Under the pieces are notes generated by a model. It did not search any database. It was not told the origin of the DNA and worked only from the letters and a program-made list of their open reading frames with translations. Position numbers and translations under genes: made by a program. 64,000 nucleotides of DNA, from positions 64,001 to 128,000 of the IMG/VR virus record IMGVR_UViG_3300045594_000116; one strand, written 5' to 3'. Of the stretch, positions 47,434 through 56,814 are shown one piece after another (position 1 is the first letter of the stretch; every line of letters begins with the position of its first letter). The DNA comes from a virus (lineage: Duplodnaviria; Caudoviricetes).

Positions 47434-50400
47434 TTTTCTTAGCCACCACCTTAGCTGGAATATCTTTGATCCTCTGGTAATATGCTGTACGCATTCCAGT
47501 CTTTGCGTTCTTAGCATAGACACCATACTGATTCTCCATCACTACGACATCTTTCAATCCTTCAGTGATAGCATCTGCTTCTTTAATCATATGAGGATTA
47601 GTAAGAGGGAATTCATGATCTTTCTTACCCTTAATAGACTTAAGCTGCTCAGCTACAGTCTGTAGATATGAGGTAGCTTCAGATCCAATATCAATTGGAG
47701 ATACCTCTGTACATGATTCATCACAAAGAATCTGATCATCTGATAACAGCTTCTTTCCAGTAAGGGCTTCATATATGAATCCTCTAGGTTGAACAGTTCC
47801 TATAGCATTTTCGATAATACGTAATCCTTCTGGATCAGATCTGAATTGGAATACACGAAGCTTTCTTCCTTTTAAGAACTCCTCCGTATTCTCTTTCTTC
47901 ACCATACCAGATTTGTCTTGCGTAAGAATATTCTTAGTCAGGATATCATTGGAGACTGCATATCCTTCTACATTCATATCCATGATTCCAGTACCAGTAT
48001 CACGATGTACTGGTCCGTACTGGGTTACATATGATAAGTCAGGTGCAGGTGTCATCCCACCAGGGCCTGCAAACTCATTCAAGTCCATATCTGCTCCTTC
48101 CCGAATAGCATCCCGATGATTGAAGTAGAAGTCAATTGCCTCTTCATGCTCCGCTCTCCAATCAATGGTATCTACTCCAACATATTTTGCTTTCTGATAG
48201 AAATCGTCTTTGTCGACGTCCTCTATATGACCAGTAAACTTCTTAGCGTATTCTGCTACGAATATGAATGTAAGACTGCCTTCGTATTTCAATCCCAGTG
48301 GCCAAAGTTTCTTCTTTTGCCATTCAGGATATTTTCCTTCATAATTCTGGAAGTAAGTCATTCCAGTATATGATCTATTCTTAGTTACGACTAAGGCCTC
48401 TTCATTGCATTCAGCCTCAGCTTGCTCATCTAATGCTCTGCCTTTATCTAATCCACCACCAGGAAGTTTATAGTTGGTTCCATACTTGTTAAGATTCTTA
48501 GGATCTTGCATTTCTACAAGTACATCCCCATGCTTATCGAATATAAGAGTTTCTACTCTTACACGATACTGCTTGTTGTCATACATGATATAAGGATTAT
48601 CTATACCTTCAGCAGACTTAATATATTTGATATCTTTCGGCTTAGGAATAGGAACTAAATTTGCTTCCATTGCGATAGAATCTCTGTAGGTATTCATAGG
48701 TGGAACAGGCATAGGAATAAGTTCCATCCACTCTGTATCCATATTATATGCAACTAAGAATATCTTCTCTATCTCATCCTCTCCAAAGAGAATCAGATAA
48801 GATAACCAAAGATCTTTAGCCATCTGAATATGCATAATACCAGAGTAGGTAAAGAGTTTATCTCTCATAGTATCTACTAACCCATTACCGGTAGCCATAG
48901 ATTGAATATAGTTACAAAGCTGATTAGCATTGTATCTCTTATCTGCATCAGTATCTTTAGGATTGAAGATGATAAGGAACTCATATTCCTTTCCAGCTTT
49001 TTCATAGAAAGAAGCAGTAGCCTTGCCGATGATACTAAAGAATTTCTCGCTAGGATCGAACCATTCTTTGAATCTATCCTTTCCAGCACATGCCAGATTA
49101 GCAAGAAGAATCTCAGCCCCTTCAGACTTTGGAGAGATAAAGTAGTTTATACGTTCTTTATGTTCTACTCCTACAGATTCTATCAATGATTCATAGTTAG
49201 GATCTGTGCTATGATATTCTCCTTCATAAGTAGATACTGATTCCTGCATACCAACGTTATCTATAACGATGGTTCCAGTGTCATATATGTGATTCATATA
49301 TTTAACGGTTGTAAGACCAAATTTTCTAGATGGTTTATACTTCATAAGAAGATTTGGCATCTTTTCTTCATTAAGTTTACTTACGTATACAGCTATCATA
49401 TCTTGCTCATTGTCAAAACAATGAACTCCTTTAAAGCTATACCATGAAGATTCTACCACGTAAACTTTATTACCTTTCATACATGCTACCCATGTATGTG
49501 TAGGATTAACTCCATCATCACTATTGAATTGATGATAGTATAATGAATATTTACCATTGCTTAAATCTGCAGTGGTATTTTTATATCCCATTTTCTCTAG
49601 ATACTTAGCTTCATAGTCTGCATAATCCCAGCATATACCATATCCAAGCTTTTCAAATTCAGCCGGAGACTTAGTTTTATAATCTTTAAAGTAGTCATCC
49701 CTCTCTTCATAAGAGAAGTTTGCCTCTAAATTATTATATAACCTTACCAATTCCTTAGGACCTTTGGCAGGTTTTGCGTTTTCTAATACCATATTATTAT
49801 CACCTCTATAATTATAATATATAGGTGAAAGGTTAGTTGACTCTCCTTCATAAGTAGATACCGAGTCATCGAGTTCTCCAGATTCCATCATAGAATCATT
49901 CGTCCTATTAAACCAATCTGATGCAGCATATATCAACTTAGCTTTTATAGACTTTGGAAGGTGCGTTAGCTTTTCCTTCAAGTTGTCGTACATATCGTTA
50001 TGCATCTCAGGATTTGGAGAATCGTATTTGCAAATAAGAGATGGCATATACTTAGATTTGAACATCATATCATCTCTAAATATCTTTTTATCTCCATAGA
50101 ATTTATCATAGATTGGATACTCCTTGGTATCCTGGATAGCTGCAAAATATTTAATATCACATAAATCATTGTCGCTAGCTTTTCCTATGATATTCTTTAC
50201 ACTCATAACATGCTTCTTCATCATCTTAAGTTGTTCATTTCTTACATCTTCAGGCTTAGAGTATGGGCCCTTCATTCCATAAGAACGTTTCCCTTGATAA
50301 TTAAAAACATAGTACAATCCATCTTTTTCTTTATAGATGCACATAAAGTGCTGGAACATATGATACTCTTTATCTCCATACTTACGGAAGTATTTGGAAG

Positions 50401-52828
50401 TCCTAAGGATATAGTTTTCGATATGTTTACGTTCGCAGAAGAAATGCATGAGCAAAGCAAAGTCGATACACGTTCCAAGCTTCGTTCTCAATATATCATC
50501 AGGCCAATAGAAATGTATTCCTTTGCTACGGTCTTTAGCATTAAACTCTTTAGGCCAATCACACTGATTCACCTTAACCCAATTAAGAACGTCGGTTGGA
50601 GATTGCATGTCCTTACAGAAGGCATCGAAGCTAGTATACTTCTTTTTGTATCTATCAATACCAGATTCATTGATGGTAGACTCTCCAAATATTCCTTTTA
50701 TAGATTTGAGTATGCTGCTCAACTTGATTTTATCTAGTTTAGAAAGAACCTCATCGAGCCACGTAATCTTATCAGTATGGCATTCTTTATTCACCTTAGC
50801 AAACATATCCCAAATTTCAGGTATACGTTTAACTATCTCTGCTTGGGTGGCATACCTATCATTATAATAATCATCATATACATTCAGATTTTCTTTTTGT
50901 ATACGAGAAAACACCTTTTTAGCATGATACTTTCCAGGCATCAGTTTTAAGAAAAGAGAAGTGATGTAGAAATAATACTTTTTATATGCCGCTTCTGCTT
51001 CTTCGTATGAGCCAAATGGTCCCTGGAGTGAACCTTCATTGTTAGCACGATAATTAAAGATATAGACTCCAGAATCTTTTATTTTGTATAGGCATACTAT
51101 ATGACCTAAATACTTAGTATCTTTATCATTAGTCGCTATAGTTCCTATATACAGCATTCTATTTTCTATGCTATTACGATTACAAAGCAGACGCATAAAG
51201 ATGGCATGATCGAAGCAAATTCCAGCATGATTTTTGATTATTTCATCAGGCCAAGCTACGATAACATCATCTTCATTCGTACTATGAATGGCTAATCTTC
51301 TTTTTACCCTCTCATCTTGCGTAAACCATCTGATATTATTTACGTTATACCAGTCATTCAATTCACTAGGAGTTTTGATAGATTTACATAAATCATTAAA
51401 CCCAGAATACCTTTTGGTAAACTTACTACCTACAGTTTCATCAATAAGATTCTCTTCAAACATATCATCTCTCATACGATTTGTAATAGAGATATAGTTC
51501 CTATACCCATTTACTATCTTAGGAATTCTTTTCATTGCTAAACTTGGCGTTCCATAGTCTCTTTTGATTCTACGGATTATAGACGTAGTTAATGAAGTTC
51601 CCTTGATGACAAAAGCAGCATTGTTAAGTAATGGAGAATGATATTCATACATATCCAGTATAAAAGCTCCCTCTATTACAAATCTTTCATTAGAGCCTAT
51701 AATAAACTTGATATAGTCTTCCATAAGCTTTTTACGAAAGATCTTATCATACTTTACCTTTTTAGCAATATTAGTATTTACTTTAGTATCACCGTACCAA
51801 TCTTCCATTCTCCATGGAATTTTATCTGCTGGAATACTATCAGCATCGGTTAGCCACCAGAGTATTTTATCAGTATCTATATGATGAGCATCATATTCAT
51901 CTGACAATTCTTCCGATAACGTGGATTTACCACTTCCAGATAATCCCACCATATAAAGTACAGAAAGTTCTTTATTTTTCCACGCATCCAAATTCAATAC
52001 TAAGTCTTTTTCTGAAAAGATGATAGGAGTGCCTTCTTGCAGCATATTTACTTCTTCATTGACATTGATGATGACCTTCTTATTCTCTTCACTATCATCA
52101 ATCATCTGAGCTTTCAATTCTGCTACGATACCAAGCAGCTGGCTGAAATCGTTATCAGTCAATCTAAGGTAGTTGAATTTACCCATATTGGTAATCATCT
52201 GCTCTTTGGCTAACTGCTTTTCTCTATAAGAAACCATCTCTCTGTTATTAGGATTGCTGCCTCCATCCTTAACTTCAATCACAAGATTGAATGGGATAAG
52301 AAGGATATCGGTAATCCATTTAAGTTTCTTTCCTTTGTAGATATATTCTATCGTAGGCCCAGGAGAGAGAATATCAGTGCTTTTGAATCCCATCACTTTA
52401 TCCATGAATTCAAGAGCCTTCTCTTCGTATTTACCAGTAAATACATGATATCCACCATCAGTGAATTTATACTTACCAGATATACGTCTGTTAGCCAGCA
52501 TCTTTTCTTGCTGCTCTGGGTCATCAAGAAGAGTAGTCTTACCATGTACTCTAAGCATATTCTTCTTATAAGCATCTCGCAAAGCTTTCTGGCACTGTGG
52601 TCTACCACAGAGCCGATCATATTTGCAAGCTGTTTCATTCCATTTCGTTGGTCTCTTGCATACAACGCAAGTACCATGATCTTTATGATTGATAGTGTTG
52701 AATACTATCTGATTCGCTGTCATACCTTTTGGAATGCATTCCTCATGCTCTTCCTCAATATGAGATCCTAAGTTTTCTCTAGTAGCTCTATAGCTGCAAA
52801 AGGGACACTTATACGTTTTCGTACTCAT
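47420..52828 (-). CDS. 1802-aa multi-enzyme protein: Zn finger, PD-(D/E)XK-like, P-loop kinase, three transglutaminase-like domains, Nudix hydrolase
   Basis: CPFC..H...H; TDILL..VIEVKDG; GLSGSGKST; GICFDHA/GHIVC, GTCIDFA/QHFMC, GICWDYA/THTWV; LPGGGLDKG..AEAECNEEA (Nudix box variant). GGGAGG RBS; late motif GACA tactag TAA at 52852-52864. Confidence 0.75.
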   Translation of the reverse strand: MSTKTYKCPFCSYRATRENLGSHIEEEHEECIPKGMTANQIVFNTINHKDHGTCVVCKRPTKWNETACKYDRLCGRPQCQKALRDAYKKNMLRVHGKTTLLDDPEQQEKMLANRRISGKYKFTDGGYHVFTGKYEEKALEFMDKVMGFKSTDILSPGPTIEYIYKGKKLKWITDILLIPFNLVIEVKDGGSNPNNREMVSYREKQLAKEQMITNMGKFNYLRLTDNDFSQLLGIVAELKAQMIDDSEENKKVIINVNEEVNMLQEGTPIIFSEKDLVLNLDAWKNKELSVLYMVGLSGSGKSTLSEELSDEYDAHHIDTDKILWWLTDADSIPADKIPWRMEDWYGDTKVNTNIAKKVKYDKIFRKKLMEDYIKFIIGSNERFVIEGAFILDMYEYHSPLLNNAAFVIKGTSLTTSIIRRIKRDYGTPSLAMKRIPKIVNGYRNYISITNRMRDDMFEENLIDETVGSKFTKRYSGFNDLCKSIKTPSELNDWYNVNNIRWFTQDERVKRRLAIHSTNEDDVIVAWPDEIIKNHAGICFDHAIFMRLLCNRNSIENRMLYIGTIATNDKDTKYLGHIVCLYKIKDSGVYIFNYRANNEGSLQGPFGSYEEAEAAYKKYYFYITSLFLKLMPGKYHAKKVFSRIQKENLNVYDDYYNDRYATQAEIVKRIPEIWDMFAKVNKECHTDKITWLDEVLSKLDKIKLSSILKSIKGIFGESTINESGIDRYKKKYTSFDAFCKDMQSPTDVLNWVKVNQCDWPKEFNAKDRSKGIHFYWPDDILRTKLGTCIDFALLMHFFCERKHIENYILRTSKYFRKYGDKEYHMFQHFMCIYKEKDGLYYVFNYQGKRSYGMKGPYSKPEDVRNEQLKMMKKHVMSVKNIIGKASDNDLCDIKYFAAIQDTKEYPIYDKFYGDKKIFRDDMMFKSKYMPSLICKYDSPNPEMHNDMYDNLKEKLTHLPKSIKAKLIYAASDWFNRTNDSMMESGELDDSVSTYEGESTNLSPIYYNYRGDNNMVLENAKPAKGPKELVRLYNNLEANFSYEERDDYFKDYKTKSPAEFEKLGYGICWDYADYEAKYLEKMGYKNTTADLSNGKYSLYYHQFNSDDGVNPTHTWVACMKGNKVYVVESSWYSFKGVHCFDNEQDMIAVYVSKLNEEKMPNLLMKYKPSRKFGLTTVKYMNHIYDTGTIVIDNVGMQESVSTYEGEYHSTDPNYESLIESVGVEHKERINYFISPKSEGAEILLANLACAGKDRFKEWFDPSEKFFSIIGKATASFYEKAGKEYEFLIIFNPKDTDADKRYNANQLCNYIQSMATGNGLVDTMRDKLFTYSGIMHIQMAKDLWLSYLILFGEDEIEKIFLVAYNMDTEWMELIPMPVPPMNTYRDSIAMEANLVPIPKPKDIKYIKSAEGIDNPYIMYDNKQYRVRVETLIFDKHGDVLVEMQDPKNLNKYGTNYKLPGGGLDKGRALDEQAEAECNEEALVVTKNRSYTGMTYFQNYEGKYPEWQKKKLWPLGLKYEGSLTFIFVAEYAKKFTGHIEDVDKDDFYQKAKYVGVDTIDWRAEHEEAIDFYFNHRDAIREGADMDLNEFAGPGGMTPAPDLSYVTQYGPVHRDTGTGIMDMNVEGYAVSNDILTKNILTQDKSGMVKKENTEEFLKGRKLRVFQFRSDPEGLRIIENAIGTVQPRGFIYEALTGKKLLSDDQILCDESCTEVSPIDIGSEATSYLQTVAEQLKSIKGKKDHEFPLTNPHMIKEADAITEGLKDVVVMENQYGVYAKNAKTGMRTAYYQRIKDIPAKVVAKKNVKH
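49218..49861. repeat. 20-bp direct repeats (TCTCCTTCATAAGTAGATAC) at 49218-49237 and 49842-49861 flanking the third transglutaminase-like module
   Basis: Exact match 624 bp apart (208 codons); encodes VSTYEGE twice. Confidence 0.9.
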
Positions 52829-52958
52829 TGTTGGAATCCTCCCTTGTAAGTTTACTAGTATGTCAGATAGGCCTAATTTGACATATCCAGTAATATAAAT
52901 TATTTTTGCGTATAAATTAACTACTCAAACTTTATTAGTAATAAATGGAGGTAATCAT

Positions 52959-53336
52959 ATGGCTATAACTACTGTTACTAAGATAACAGAGCATACTCTT
53001 AGTATCAACGAATTTAACAAGCCAAAGGTACTAACTAATGAAGCAGCTATCGCTCAAAAGCTGATAGAAATCGCTTTGCTAAATCCAGGAACATATCCTA
53101 CTAGACCTGACATGGGTTTAGGCTTGGTAAGAAACTATCGTTATCAATCTGACACTGACGTCGAAAAGATGAAAGAAGAATATAAGAGTCAGATAGAGAC
53201 ATATCTCCCAACGTTAACTGACGTTGAGATCGATATAAAAGTAGTTGGCAAAGAGCTTAGATTCTTTGTCAAGATAGATGGGACAATGTTCCGTCTTATC
53301 TTAAATACAGACACAAAAACATTGATGTCATTATAA
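52959..53336 (+). CDS. Baseplate wedge gp25/GpW-like protein
   Basis: AIAQKL..LL.NPGTYPTRPDMGLGL..Y motif; 125 aa. Confidence 0.75.
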   Translation: MAITTVTKITEHTLSINEFNKPKVLTNEAAIAQKLIEIALLNPGTYPTRPDMGLGLVRNYRYQSDTDVEKMKEEYKSQIETYLPTLTDVEIDIKVVGKELRFFVKIDGTMFRLILNTDTKTLMSL

Positions 53337-53352
53337 TGGAGGTAGAAACAGA

Positions 53353-55137
53353 ATGTCGAAATCTAAGAGAAAAATTAATCTTAATGACTTGAGTAAGGCT
53401 CAGACCGCTTCCGTTGCAGCTGCAGCTGAGCCGGAAGTTAAAACGGTTGAAGTTGCACAGCCCACTCAGAAAATCACCCCAGAGTTGGATGCGGATACCC
53501 GTGCAAAGCGTCAGGCTGCGGCCGATGCTGAACCGGTATTTGTAAAGAATCTTGAGGAAGTTGCAAAACCAGCTCCGAAACTTGTAGCTCCGGAAGTGCG
53601 TAATATGGCCAATCTTATGTCTCGTACAGATGATGCCATTGAGCGTGTAAAGCGGGATCAGAAAGAAAACGTCATGAAACCGCTCAAAGAAAAGCTCATC
53701 AAGGAAATCGAAAAGAAATCCACTGAGCAGAATGAAAAAGATCTGGCTGCTGTAAGAACAGAAAGCGGTAAAGACGCTCTGACCGCTGCACTCGATGTTG
53801 ATAACAGCGAAGAGGATGCTCTCCTCGCAGAAGCTACATCACTTCCTGCTCAGGGCATTCGTGATGAACTCAGCAATACGAAGATGGATCTGTCCACTCC
53901 GGTTGAAGAGGACGATGAAATGAAATCCCTGCTTCGTGAAATCGACGAAGATGATGACGAAGAAGAGGAAGAGAAGGTTACAGAAGACCTTTCTAAGCTC
54001 ACTGACGAAGAGCAGAAGATCGCTGACGAATGGGAAAAGAAAGCAATCACTACGTATCGTGAGTCTCTGAAGAAGAAACTCGTTACGAGTGGTCGTGTCG
54101 AGAAAGAGAATGGCGAACTTAAGATCGCCAAGGCTCCTATCTCTGTAAGCCGTGCTCTTCGCAATGCAAATACTGCAATTGCTCATACGGCTTCTTTCCC
54201 GCTCATCCATACTGGTCGTATGATCACTATGCAGTCTCTGACTGGTGATGAGATTCCGACTCTCGATGCTCGTAGCTATAACAGCGATATGGAAGCTGCT
54301 CGTGCTATGTATTCGCTGATGTATAAGAAAGATGTGTCTCCGAATAAGCCATCGACCTTTGAGGTATGGCTGAAGAGCATCTGCGATTGGGATATCTTCA
54401 ATCTTTACATGTGCCTCTACGTTGCTACGTTCAAAGATAGCAACTATATCTCTTATACCTGCCCTGAGTGCCACAACATGTTTGTCACTGAGCAGCCGAT
54501 CGAAGCTATGTATCGCAAGCATCCGGATTCTACTAAGGATTTTGATACTCGCATTGATGCTATCAAAACAAAGGGAGACAATGCAGTACCTTCTGTACTG
54601 AAGTCTAACCTTGTTCAGATTTCTCGGAAGTTTGCTATTGGCCTGCGTGCTCCAAGCATCTTCTCTTCGACGTTCGAGACGGCAGCTCTTGACGTTGCAT
54701 TCCGTCGTAAGCATATCCAGTGTGTAAACCTGGCTCAGTATGTAGATGGGGTGTATACGATCGAGAATGGCATTGCTACGCCGATCAACTTCAAAGTGGA
54801 TCAGCACAATACGTCGAAGACCGTTAAGATGAAGATTGTTTCTCTTGAGAGAATCATTTCCACTCTTACGACCGATGAAGCTGCAGCACTGTCTGGTACT
54901 ATTGCTTCCTTCAATCAGAAGGCAAACGATCGTTACCAGTTCGTCATCCCTGCAACTGATTGCCATGGTACTTTTGGTCCTTATAAGGATGCAGAAGGCA
55001 AATCTATGAATGGAAAGGAATGTCACTACAAGATTCCGGAGATCGTTCAGGATCGTGGCAACGAGGTGACTCCTTTGGACCTCCTTTTTACGCGTCACAG
55101 GCTCACACAGTTCGCCTTCTACGAGACAGAATTATGA
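53353..55137 (+). CDS. Baseplate hub / tail assembly chaperone (T4 gp26-like) with long acidic N-terminal extension
   Basis: FPL..GR.ITM.SLTG.E, D...L...LY..T, YTCPECH, second Cys pair, C-terminal DLLF. Confidence 0.6.
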   Translation: MSKSKRKINLNDLSKAQTASVAAAAEPEVKTVEVAQPTQKITPELDADTRAKRQAAADAEPVFVKNLEEVAKPAPKLVAPEVRNMANLMSRTDDAIERVKRDQKENVMKPLKEKLIKEIEKKSTEQNEKDLAAVRTESGKDALTAALDVDNSEEDALLAEATSLPAQGIRDELSNTKMDLSTPVEEDDEMKSLLREIDEDDDEEEEEKVTEDLSKLTDEEQKIADEWEKKAITTYRESLKKKLVTSGRVEKENGELKIAKAPISVSRALRNANTAIAHTASFPLIHTGRMITMQSLTGDEIPTLDARSYNSDMEAARAMYSLMYKKDVSPNKPSTFEVWLKSICDWDIFNLYMCLYVATFKDSNYISYTCPECHNMFVTEQPIEAMYRKHPDSTKDFDTRIDAIKTKGDNAVPSVLKSNLVQISRKFAIGLRAPSIFSSTFETAALDVAFRRKHIQCVNLAQYVDGVYTIENGIATPINFKVDQHNTSKTVKMKIVSLERIISTLTTDEAAALSGTIASFNQKANDRYQFVIPATDCHGTFGPYKDAEGKSMNGKECHYKIPEIVQDRGNEVTPLDLLFTRHRLTQFAFYETEL

Positions 55138-55322
55138 TGTTAGCCGATTGGTTCGGTACGGGCTTTGATATTCTTAAAGCCCCTACTGTTCCTTACGGCT
55201 ATCTTCAATATCTATTTTTTAGATACAGTGTTGAAGCTAAAGAAAAAGAGCTTCGGCAAATGCGGGAAGCAGCCGCACAAGCGAATGCAATGAACGGAAA
55301 TCGTGGAAGGAGGGCAATGTAG
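55134..55322 (+). CDS. Small chaperone-associated protein or -1 frameshift extension of the upstream gene
   Basis: ATGA overlap, no clear RBS; the -1 frame is open back to 55020. Confidence 0.55.
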   Translation: MMLADWFGTGFDILKAPTVPYGYLQYLFFRYSVEAKEKELRQMREAAAQANAMNGNRGRRAM

Positions 55323-55645
55323 TGACATTTGAACAGTTTACGATGGCTGTTAATTATCCAAATAGAGAACAGCAATTTTATAAATACTATGATTCACATC
55401 TTGCCCTATTCAAATTGATGTGCCAATATATGGATGAAAAGTCCGGAATGGATATTGGTATTCGTGATACTGGTAAAAGATGCAAATATATTATCACTTT
55501 GCAGTCTGGTAGGCCTGGTAATCTAATTGATCTTGCTAATAGATTACAGGGTTCTACTGTATCATCAGCTGTAGATGATAACACTATATGGGTTGGAAAG
55601 ACATCCTTGAAAGATCCTAACGTACTTGAAGTTAGTTTTAATTAA
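55322..55645 (+). CDS. Hypothetical protein
   Basis: GGAGGG RBS, GTG start overlapping the upstream stop. Confidence 0.7.
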   Translation: MTFEQFTMAVNYPNREQQFYKYYDSHLALFKLMCQYMDEKSGMDIGIRDTGKRCKYIITLQSGRPGNLIDLANRLQGSTVSSAVDDNTIWVGKTSLKDPNVLEVSFN

Positions 55646-55662
55646 AGTATATAAGTTATATT

Positions 55663-55687
55663 CCCTCTACCTATAATGGGTAGAGGG
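55663..55687. terminator. CCCTCTAC hairpin family copy 6
   Basis: CCCTCTACC-tataatg-GGTAGAGGG. Confidence 0.7.
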
Positions 55688-55800
55688 ATATACTTTGTAA
55701 AAAGTTAAAACTTACACTACAGATAGATAGGGGAAGCATATACAACCAGCAGCAACAATACTATGCTTGGTTTGTCGTTATAAGAGGAGGAATATAGCTA

Positions 55801-56211
55801 ATGGTAATGAATAATAATATTGCGTATATAAAAGAAAGAGGAATGATTGTTGGAAATCTATCAGAGGAATTCGATAACGGTGCTATGCTAACTATGTTTA
55901 TCAGATCAGAACAATTCGAACTTGGATTCACCAAAAATGCTATTTATGAGTTTGGATCTATTTTAGTAGAATTAGCTAATAGAGACCTTAAGCTTGATGC
56001 ATTATTAGGAAGAAGATGGAGTTTAGAAAAAGCCTTAACAGAAAATGGTTTAGGCTTTGGCAATGGTATGAGATTTCTATACGATAGACCTATACGTATA
56101 GAAAAAGATTTTGATGAACTGACTTGCATCAAGCAGTTAGTTATCCAATTTGGTGAGTGGCTTATGGACAATTATGATTCAGAAGAATTAAGTGTATTCT
56201 ATAAAAATTAA
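55801..56211 (+). CDS. Hypothetical protein (probable paralog of 56349..56768)
   Basis: GAGGAGG RBS; ends VFYKN. Confidence 0.75.
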   Translation: MVMNNNIAYIKERGMIVGNLSEEFDNGAMLTMFIRSEQFELGFTKNAIYEFGSILVELANRDLKLDALLGRRWSLEKALTENGLGFGNGMRFLYDRPIRIEKDFDELTCIKQLVIQFGEWLMDNYDSEELSVFYKN

Positions 56212-56215
56212 TATT

Positions 56216-56240
56216 AGAGGTATCCATTACGGATACCTCT
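56216..56240 (+). terminator. Hairpin terminator, identical to 56781-56805
   Basis: AGAGGTATCC-attac-GGATACCTCT. Confidence 0.8.
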
Positions 56241-56272
56241 AAATTTTTTGTAAAAGTTCAATATTTCGATTA

Positions 56273-56288
56273 TATATTATATCAGTGA
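56273..56288 (+). promoter_or_regulatory. Putative early promoter
   Basis: TATATTATA tcag TGA. Confidence 0.6.
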
Positions 56289-56348
56289 TAGAGATAGAAG
56301 CAAGTAACAATTCAGCTACTTGCAATTATTAAAAAGGAGGTCTTTATC

Positions 56349-56768
56349 ATGACAAAAGATATATATAATAAAGTTAACCTGGTAAGCATCGTTGGTATCA
56401 TTGATGGTACAATTAATATCGTTAATGAATCCATGGAATGTACAATTTTTGTACATTCTACCAAATTGGATTTGGCTTTTACTAAAGGCAAAATGATCCT
56501 TCTTGGACAGAGTATCCGGGATGCGGCAATAACTTGTCTTGAAGCATTGAAAGATGATGAAGACATCAACGTAGTAAAATACATATTCAATGCTGTACCG
56601 ATGCTTGAACAGTATAAAGGTTTAATCAATCTTTCTATTGACATTAAAGCTCAGTGTGGTACTTACCAAAAAGGAACATCTAGAGATTATGCAAGAGCAT
56701 GGCAGTGTGTAGGTAATGAGATTGCAGCACTAGCAGATGAAAATTTCCTTAAAGTATTCTACAAGTAA
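56349..56768 (+). CDS. Hypothetical protein
   Basis: AAAGGAGG RBS; ends VFYK. Confidence 0.75.
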   Translation: MTKDIYNKVNLVSIVGIIDGTINIVNESMECTIFVHSTKLDLAFTKGKMILLGQSIRDAAITCLEALKDDEDINVVKYIFNAVPMLEQYKGLINLSIDIKAQCGTYQKGTSRDYARAWQCVGNEIAALADENFLKVFYK

Positions 56769-56780
56769 TGCAAGAAATAG

Positions 56781-56805
56781 AGAGGTATCCATTACGGATA
56801 CCTCT
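56781..56805. terminator. Hairpin terminator between convergent genes
   Basis: AGAGGTATCC-attac-GGATACCTCT plus T run. Confidence 0.8.
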
Positions 56806-56814
56806 TTATTTTTT

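Noticed and set aside
52880-52941. GACA/AACT-N7-TAA as late promoters for the gp25-like gene
   Set aside because: Spacing is 7 rather than 6; plausible but not counted.
53839-55098. 419-aa minus-strand ORF
   Set aside because: Antisense shadow of the chaperone gene.
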